Assembly (NCBI RefSeq): GCF_000009705.1
Contig: NC_003272.1
Span: 840,001 to 872,000 of the forward strand
Direction of reading: 5' to 3'
From: Nostoc sp. PCC 7120 = FACHB-418
GTDB lineage: Bacteria > Cyanobacteriota > Cyanobacteriia > Cyanobacteriales > Nostocaceae
Length of the DNA stretch: 32,000 bases
Positions 26,400 through 32,000 of this stretch are shown here, in pieces. The notes under the pieces were generated by a model that had not been told where the DNA came from, ran no database searches, and was given only the letters and a program-made list of their open reading frames with translations. The translations under genes and the position numbers were made by a program. Each line of letters opens with the position of its first letter. Position 1 is the stretch's first letter.

Positions 26400-27884
26400 A
26401 TGGTGAGAAGCCAACAAAACCCACAAAAACATAATTGGCTATTTTTCTTTATTAGTGTTTTTATTGTATTAATAGCTACTCTTTATCCATTTGATTTTTC
26501 AAAAATAGTAAAATTTTCAATTACTGAACTTATTGCCAGCTTTAATAACTCAAGTTCTTTCCAAGACCAGGTTAATAATATTTTATTATTTCTACCTGTG
26601 GGTTGGAGTTTCGGTAATTTATGCCAAAAGTCAATCAGAAAAATTACATTACAAATTCTCTTTGTAATTTTGGTAAGCTTTGGCTTGTCATTAACAGTTG
26701 AATTTCTCCAGATATTCTTACCCTCTAGAAGTCCCACGCCTGCTGATTTATTGAATAATAGTTTAGGGGGCTTATTTGGGTTTATTTGTTTTTCTATTTG
26801 GAATGCAAAAAGTTTCAGTAGTACAGTAGAAAAATTAGACTCAAGTCGAGTAAGTAAATCATCTAAACTAATTATTTGTTTTTTCTGTGGATATTTAATT
26901 TTGACATTGTTGATCTCGCTACTCTGGCAAGGTACAACTAATTTAAGTAATTGGGATAGAAACTATTACTTAAGTGTTGGTAATGAAATTACAGGTAATA
27001 AAGCATGGGCAGGATATGTATCGGAAATCTCTATTGTTGATAGAGCTATATCCAAAAATGAGGCATCACAAACTTTGGCTGATGCCAATTACTTGCATAA
27101 GCTCGGTAATTCTTTAGTAGCTCACTATAAACTGAATGGTGAATGTTGCTATCAAGACCAAACAGGTAATCAGCCAGAACTATTATGGCAAGGAAGGTCT
27201 GCCAGTACACCAAAAAGCCAAGGTGCATTTTTAGATGCTCATCATTGGTTAAAAACATCGACTCCTGTCAGCCATCTTAGCCAAAGAATGAGTCAGACAT
27301 CGGAGTTTACTATTAGTACAGCGATCGCCACTACCAATGTAGACCAGAAAGGCCCGGCACGAATTATTTCTGTTTCTGGTAGTTCTCAACGCCGCAATTG
27401 GACGCTAGGACAGCAGGGAAATAGTCTAGATTTCCGCTTACGTACACCCCTTACGGGAGAAAATGGCACAGAATTGAAACTAAATATACCTAATGTATTT
27501 ACAGACACTTATCTTCATCATCTTGTTATCACCTATTCCAGAGGAAACATCCAAGTATATATAGACAAACTAGAAAATTTTCACTCTTTTAACTTGCTGG
27601 ATTTAATTCCCAAAGAGCAGCGAATTTTCTATTATGCACTCACTTTCATGCCTTTAGGAATAGGTTTAGGAATAATCACTTTCCTAGCTAGAAAAAAATT
27701 AATATTTTATAGAATTTTATTTTATAGTGGAATCTTGATACCTTCTTTGATGTTAGAAGGTATTTTAGTTAGTGAAAGTGGCAAAGATTTCAGCATCAAA
27801 CACTTACTGCTTGGTATCTCTTTTACAGCAGTGACTATGATATTTTTGAGAATCCGGGCAGCTAGATTAAAAATGATCAGTTAG
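26400..27884 (+). CDS. VanZ-like membrane domain fused to a LamG/concanavalin-like extracytoplasmic domain and a C-terminal TM bundle
   Basis: 494 aa. The N-terminal 4 TM segments carry the VanZ signature (LYPFDF...VEFLQIFLPSRSPTPADLLNNSLGGLFGF). The middle region of about 200 aa is beta-rich (AWAGYVSEISIVDRAIS..., LHHLVITYSRGNIQVYID), typical of LamG jelly-roll domains. There are 3 C-terminal TM segments. Confidence 0.7.
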   Translation: MVRSQQNPQKHNWLFFFISVFIVLIATLYPFDFSKIVKFSITELIASFNNSSSFQDQVNNILLFLPVGWSFGNLCQKSIRKITLQILFVILVSFGLSLTVEFLQIFLPSRSPTPADLLNNSLGGLFGFICFSIWNAKSFSSTVEKLDSSRVSKSSKLIICFFCGYLILTLLISLLWQGTTNLSNWDRNYYLSVGNEITGNKAWAGYVSEISIVDRAISKNEASQTLADANYLHKLGNSLVAHYKLNGECCYQDQTGNQPELLWQGRSASTPKSQGAFLDAHHWLKTSTPVSHLSQRMSQTSEFTISTAIATTNVDQKGPARIISVSGSSQRRNWTLGQQGNSLDFRLRTPLTGENGTELKLNIPNVFTDTYLHHLVITYSRGNIQVYIDKLENFHSFNLLDLIPKEQRIFYYALTFMPLGIGLGIITFLARKKLIFYRILFYSGILIPSLMLEGILVSESGKDFSIKHLLLGISFTAVTMIFLRIRAARLKMIS

Positions 27885-28011
27885 TGGTCAGCCAATCCCT
27901 TCGGGAATTCAAAATTCACTCATACCCTACGGCTATTCCTGCGGAGAACTCCTAGAGTAGGCTACGCCAACAAAATTCAAAAAAGGTCAGCAGTGGTTCA
28001 CTTCCTGCGAT

Positions 28012-28893
28012 TTACATTGGTGGTAACTCTAAAGGTAGGGTTCCTAATAAGCCTTTGCGATAGTCAGTTAACAATTGCCTTGCCGTTCTTTCCACATCCC
28101 CCTTGTGGCGATATTCTGCTAGCGCGTGTAAATACCCTTCTCCTGTGTGGGGTGTAGGGTCGAGTTCGTACCGTGTGTATAGGGGTGATTTTGGTAATAA
28201 CTCACCGGCTTGTTCTTGGAGTGAATTGACTAGATCAATCAAGGCCGCAGCTACTAGCTGATTGTCGTAAGATGCTTGACCAATATCGTCACAAATTGCT
28301 AGTTTCACTGCTGCTTCTTGATTACCCAATTTAACGGGGATGACTCCAGGAGCATCCAACAGTTCCAACTGGTCAGAAATTCGCACCCAGCGTAGTTGAC
28401 GCGTTACCCCAGGACGAGCAGCACTTTCTACAACGCGTTTTCCTAATAAACGGTTGATTAAGGCTGATTTACCAACGTTAGGAAAGCCGATTACCACTGC
28501 TCGCACTGCACGAGGTAGCATTCCTCTATCGCGTCTTCTTTGATTCAGTTCTACCCCTGCGGCTTGGGCTGCTTTTGCCACACCAACTACACCTTGACCA
28601 TGTTGGGCATTGGTACAATAAGGGACTTCACCGCGATTTTGGAAATAATCTATCCACAGCGATCGCACCTGTGGAGGTATCATATCTAATCGATTCAATA
28701 CCAAAATTCGCGCCTTATTTCCTACCCACTCATCTATTTGTGGATGATGGGTAGCCAAGGGAATCCGCGCGTCTCTAACCTCAAATACCACATCTACCCG
28801 CGATAGCTGTTCTTTAAGATTCTTTTCCGCCTTGGCAATATGCCCCGGATACCATTGGATTAAATTTAATTTGTAGTTATCAGTTAAGCCCAT
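28012..28893 (-). CDS. rbgA: Ribosome biogenesis GTPase A (RbgA/YlqF), circularly permuted GTPase
   Basis: 293 aa. It contains WYPGHIAKAEKNL, DARIPL, NRLD (G4) placed before GFPNVGKSALINRL (G1), and DAPGV (G3). Confidence 0.9.
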   Translation of the reverse strand: MGLTDNYKLNLIQWYPGHIAKAEKNLKEQLSRVDVVFEVRDARIPLATHHPQIDEWVGNKARILVLNRLDMIPPQVRSLWIDYFQNRGEVPYCTNAQHGQGVVGVAKAAQAAGVELNQRRRDRGMLPRAVRAVVIGFPNVGKSALINRLLGKRVVESAARPGVTRQLRWVRISDQLELLDAPGVIPVKLGNQEAAVKLAICDDIGQASYDNQLVAAALIDLVNSLQEQAGELLPKSPLYTRYELDPTPHTGEGYLHALAEYRHKGDVERTARQLLTDYRKGLLGTLPLELPPM

Positions 28894-28946
28894 AATTTGA
28901 GGGAGTGGGGAGTATGAATCAATTCAAAATTCAAAATTAAAGACAG

Positions 28947-28969
28947 CCGCGCACAAGGGACGCGGTTTT
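28947..28969. terminator. Short GC hairpin (CCGCG-9 nt-CGCGG) plus TTTT on the plus strand, 12 nt downstream of the VOC gene stop on the minus strand
   Basis: Seen directly. Orientation and function are ambiguous, because the U-tract is on the strand that has no gene ending here. Confidence 0.25.
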
Positions 28970-28980
28970 GAACCTCACTT

Positions 28981-29364
28981 CTAATTATTACCTGTGATGC
29001 CTTGATGTAAAATCAGACGGTTGCCATCTGGGTCGTAGGCGTAAATTTCTCTACCGTGGGAAGCGATCGCAATTTCTCCTGGCGGTGGATAACCTAAATC
29101 GGTGATATGTGCGATCGCTGCTTCTAAATTACTAACTTCTAAACACAAACTCACCTTACTTTTAGTTGAATTTTGAAATTCTGACTCGTGAGTCTGTTTA
29201 GGTTTAAAAATACCTAATCGCATTCCAGCGACATGAAACTCGGCATACACATTGGGTATGGAAGTTATTGGTTGTTGTTCTAAGAAGTTAGTGTAAAAGG
29301 TCATCAATTGATTAATATTGAGTGTTGCGAGAGTGATTAGTGCATTTGTGTAGTGAAAACCCAT
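28981..29364 (-). CDS. VOC/glyoxalase-bleomycin-resistance family protein
   Basis: I prefer the ATG at 29364 (MGFHYTNALITLATLNINQLMTFY...), giving 127 aa. The single beta-alpha-beta-beta-beta pair layout ends in ...GREIYAYDPDGNRLILHQ. The 32-codon upstream extension in the ORF track has no family-like sequence. Confidence 0.7.
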   Translation of the reverse strand: MGFHYTNALITLATLNINQLMTFYTNFLEQQPITSIPNVYAEFHVAGMRLGIFKPKQTHESEFQNSTKSKVSLCLEVSNLEAAIAHITDLGYPPPGEIAIASHGREIYAYDPDGNRLILHQGITGNN

Positions 29365-29470
29365 AATTATTGATGAATATAGCGTCTGCTGTTGAGTCGC
29401 TAGAGTATAAATTGTCACAGAAGTATCAATTATGCTCAATACTCCTGTTGATTTTCGCACTTTGATTAAC

Positions 29471-29599
29471 TAGGACTTACGCAGACAGGTTGTCTGTTGA
29501 GACCGGGTGTAAGGGTGTAAGGGCTTCAAACATTTATACCCCTACACCCCTATACCCTTCTCCCAACCCTTGATCTTTCGTTTTCATGCGTAAGTCCTA
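29471..29599. mobile_element. MITE-like non-autonomous element: 129 bp, 13-bp perfect terminal inverted repeats, flanked by TTAAC direct repeats
   Basis: TAGGACTTACGCA (29471-29483) is the inverse of TGCGTAAGTCCTA (29587-29599). TTAAC occurs at 29466-29470 and 29600-29604. Internal hairpins are CAGACA-ggt-TGTCTG and GGGTGTAAGGGTGTAAGGG / CCCCTACACCCCTATACCC. No coding capacity. Confidence 0.6.
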
Positions 29600-29617
29600 T
29601 TAACTTATTAATTCAGT

Positions 29618-30676
29618 TTATGCAGTTACAACTGCTGGTTGTGGCCAGCGTCCTACAGCTTTACCAATAACGGCTAATTCCTGCATTAAGCGGTCGAAAT
29701 GTTCTGGTGTGAGGGATTGTGGCCCGTCGGATAGGGCTTTTTTAGGATTGGGGTGTACTTCAATCATCAAAGAATCAGTACCAGCTGCGATCGCTGCCAT
29801 TGCCATTGATGGCACATACTCAGCCCAACCCGTACCATGACTGGGATCAATCATAATTGGTAGGTGAGTTAATTTCCTCAATACTGGAACTACCGACAAA
29901 TCTAAAGTATTACGTGTATATTGACGGTCAAAAGTACGAATACCTCGTTCGCACAAAATTACATTAGGGTTACCTGCTGCTAGAACGTACTCGGCTGCCA
30001 TCAACCAATCTTCGATAGTAGCTGCCATTCCTCGCTTCAGTAATACTGGTTTTGGTTGCGCCCCTACTTTTTTCAGTAGGGAGAAATTCTGCATATTTCT
30101 TGCACCTACCTGGATGACATCAGCCACTTCTGCAATAATATCCAGTTCTGACGCGTCCATTACTTCAGTGATGATACCCAAACCGCTAACATCCCGCGCC
30201 TTTGCCAACAATTCCAAAGCACTTTCGCCGTGACCTTGAAAAGCGTAAGGTGAAGTACGGGGCTTGTATGCACCACCGCGTAAAAACTTAGCGCCGGCTG
30301 CCTTGACACGTTGCGCCGTCTCAATAATCATTTCCTCATTTTCCACAGAGCAGGGGCCAGCAACCACCACCAAGGCTTGGTTTTCACCAAATACCACGGA
30401 ACCATCTGGAGTATTAACCACTACTTCCGAGGCTTCACCGTGACGATATTGGCGGCTAGCGCGTTTATAAGGCAGTTCTACCCGTAATACTTGCTCAATC
30501 CAAGGGCTAACTTCTTGAATTTGTAAGGGGTCTAAGTCGGCGGTTTCACCTACTAAGCCAATTACTACTTTGTGTTTGCCGATAATTTTTTCTGGTGTCA
30601 GCCCCCAACTGGTTAATTCATCATTAATCCGGTTGATTTCCACTTCTGGGGAACCGACTTTCATGACTACTATCAT
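29618..30676 (-). CDS. 3-deoxy-7-phosphoheptulonate (DAHP) synthase, type I-beta with N-terminal ferredoxin-like regulatory domain
   Basis: 352 aa. The N-terminal about 70 aa is MIVVMKVGSPE...KVVIGLVGE. The catalytic barrel has GPCSVEN, LRGGAYKPRTSPYAFQG, KRG and DPSHGTG motifs. Confidence 0.9.
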   Translation of the reverse strand: MIVVMKVGSPEVEINRINDELTSWGLTPEKIIGKHKVVIGLVGETADLDPLQIQEVSPWIEQVLRVELPYKRASRQYRHGEASEVVVNTPDGSVVFGENQALVVVAGPCSVENEEMIIETAQRVKAAGAKFLRGGAYKPRTSPYAFQGHGESALELLAKARDVSGLGIITEVMDASELDIIAEVADVIQVGARNMQNFSLLKKVGAQPKPVLLKRGMAATIEDWLMAAEYVLAAGNPNVILCERGIRTFDRQYTRNTLDLSVVPVLRKLTHLPIMIDPSHGTGWAEYVPSMAMAAIAAGTDSLMIEVHPNPKKALSDGPQSLTPEHFDRLMQELAVIGKAVGRWPQPAVVTA

Positions 30677-30939
30677 ATAAAAATCCCTATTTATATAGTG
30701 ATCAGTTCTCAGTCACCTTGGTTCTTATATATTAATTGGTGACTTCCTCAACGATTTAAATATAGGTTTAATAAATATAAAAAACACAAGCGCTCAGTGC
30801 TTTTATGACCGTCTATTGGGTTTAGTTGATGATTATTAATGTTTACTTAGTAATGTTGAAGTTATTCAAGTGTAAACTTCAACATCGACTGGAAAACTTA
30901 CCCAACAAGACAGTTATCTGAACACTTGAGCGCCGTTTT

Positions 30940-31410
30940 TCACACCTTTTTTTGCCGCGTTTCGCGCCAACCTTCCACCATTCGCCCCCAGTTGGTGCCA
31001 AATTCACCTAAACCCAAGAGACTACCAGTTCTTTCTTCATCCCAAGAGGCAGATAGAACACCATAGGTGATCCCCAAAACCCCCAAACCAAAAAATCCCA
31101 TATTCACCAATAAAACAGCGATGGGAGCTAGTTGGATATCAGAATAAATGGTCAGCAGGTAACTAGAAACCAAAGTAGTGATACCCAAAGCTGTTGGTAT
31201 ACCGCAGAATGCCGCTACACGGCGGATCATCCTTTGGCTTACCACTTGGGGAATTGCCATCTCTTCTTTAGTGTAAGGTAGCTGCTTTTTGTCCTGCTTG
31301 TCGGCTTCTTTTAGCTGTACTTGTGGCTTACTGGGAGCTTTTGCAGGTTTTTGGCGCTTTTTTTTTGGTTCAAAAGGCAAACGACCGCGTTCAGATTCTT
31401 CAGCAGGCAT
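30940..31410 (-). CDS. PAM68-like (DUF3464) photosystem II assembly-related membrane protein
   Basis: 156 aa. A basic Lys/Pro-rich N-terminus is followed by IPQVVSQRMIRRVAAFCGIPTALG and two TM helices, as I recall for cyanobacterial PAM68/Sll0933-type proteins. It starts 12 nt after the rpsO stop. Confidence 0.6.
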   Translation of the reverse strand: MPAEESERGRLPFEPKKKRQKPAKAPSKPQVQLKEADKQDKKQLPYTKEEMAIPQVVSQRMIRRVAAFCGIPTALGITTLVSSYLLTIYSDIQLAPIAVLLVNMGFFGLGVLGITYGVLSASWDEERTGSLLGLGEFGTNWGRMVEGWRETRQKKV

Positions 31411-31422
31411 AAAGAGTATTCC

Positions 31423-31692
31423 TTATCCACGAATACCAAGACGACCAATCAAAGCCTGATATTTTTCCCGACTTTCTTGTTGCAAGTAAGCTAGAAGGCG
31501 CTTGCGATGACCAATCAGTTTTAGTAATCCCCGACGAGAAGAATGGTCTTTTTTATTGGCTTGTAGATGCTCACTGAGGCGGTTAATCCGTTCAGTCAGC
31601 ATAGCGATTTGGACATCGGTAGAACCGGTGTCAGTTCCGTGAACTTGGTAGTTATTAATTATTTCTTGTTTGCGCTGTTGCGTCAGAGCCAT
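31423..31692 (-). CDS. rpsO: 30S ribosomal protein S15
   Basis: 89 aa. [46 protein letters not shown] is typical S15. Confidence 0.95.
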   Translation of the reverse strand: MALTQQRKQEIINNYQVHGTDTGSTDVQIAMLTERINRLSEHLQANKKDHSSRRGLLKLIGHRKRLLAYLQQESREKYQALIGRLGIRG

Positions 31693-31941
31693 GATTGATT
31701 CAATTTATATTCATTCTAAATGTATGCAGCAGTCTCCCATCATATCACAGCCCTTAATTTGTGTGGTGTTTTGCAGAAATATAGGGGCTAGGAGTTGAGG
31801 GTACTCTGGTTCGTCAAGCATTTGGGATGATTTCCCCTCACAAGTTCCTCAAATTATTCTCCTATAAACAATAGATATAAGGTCAAAACTTGAGTTATGA
31901 GTGCTGAGTAAAAAATTACTCTCCACGCCTCAGAGGTAGAT

Positions 31942-32000
31942 ATGTTAAAAAAAATTTTAGTTGCATTGGATCGCTCCGATATGGGGCAGCAAGTTTTTGA
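31942..32000 (+). CDS. Start of a universal stress protein (UspA-family)-like gene; runs off the right edge
   Basis: ATG at 31942 is preceded by GAGG. The first 19 codons, MLKKILVALDRSDMGQQVF, match the usual USP N-terminal beta-strand (ILVA.D.S). It is too short to be sure. Confidence 0.4.
   Translation, partial: MLKKILVALDRSDMGQQVF

Overview
This window looks like chromosome from a filamentous heterocyst-forming cyanobacterium of the Nostoc/Anabaena type. The evidence is many HIP1 octamers (GCGATCGC), three heptamer STRR-type tandem arrays, and the gene content: NTRC, a PAM68-like gene next to rpsO, an RRM-type Rbp next to rpsU, and ureEFG. Most of it is ordinary housekeeping or signalling DNA. 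It includes ychF, a nagB-family gene, a HAD hydrolase, a 1645-aa multi-GAF/PAS hybrid histidine kinase, two radical-SAM genes, ureE/F/G, NTRC, a sugar ABC permease, a YdeI-like gene, an SPFH protein, rbp-rpsU, an FHA-GAF adenylate/guanylate cyclase, a VanZ-LamG membrane protein, rbgA/ylqF, a VOC protein, DAHP synthase, a PAM68-like gene and rpsO. The one clearly accessory insertion is an IS110-family (DEDD plus Ser) recombinase element at about 13.9-15.5 kb, wedged between the radical-SAM pair and ureE. Its 3' non-coding flank holds a GC-rich 127-nt rod of 35 Watson-Crick pairs with two staggered 10-nt bulges and a 35-nt apical loop. I consider this the best candidate in the window for a guide (bridge/seek-type) RNA, but I cannot define the element ends or prove transcription from one copy. 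Other items worth a second look:
- an in-frame palindromic STRR1 insertion inside the kinase ATP-binding domain
- a 129-bp MITE-like element with 13-bp terminal inverted repeats and TTAAC flanking repeats, plus related hairpins
- a well-folded but atypical tRNA-Asn-like gene in a 680-nt gene-free gap
- an NrdG-like activase with no glycyl-radical partner in view
- a proline-rich repeat mini-ORF in frame with ychF

All functional calls come from reading the translated ORFs and the DNA by eye; no database search was run.
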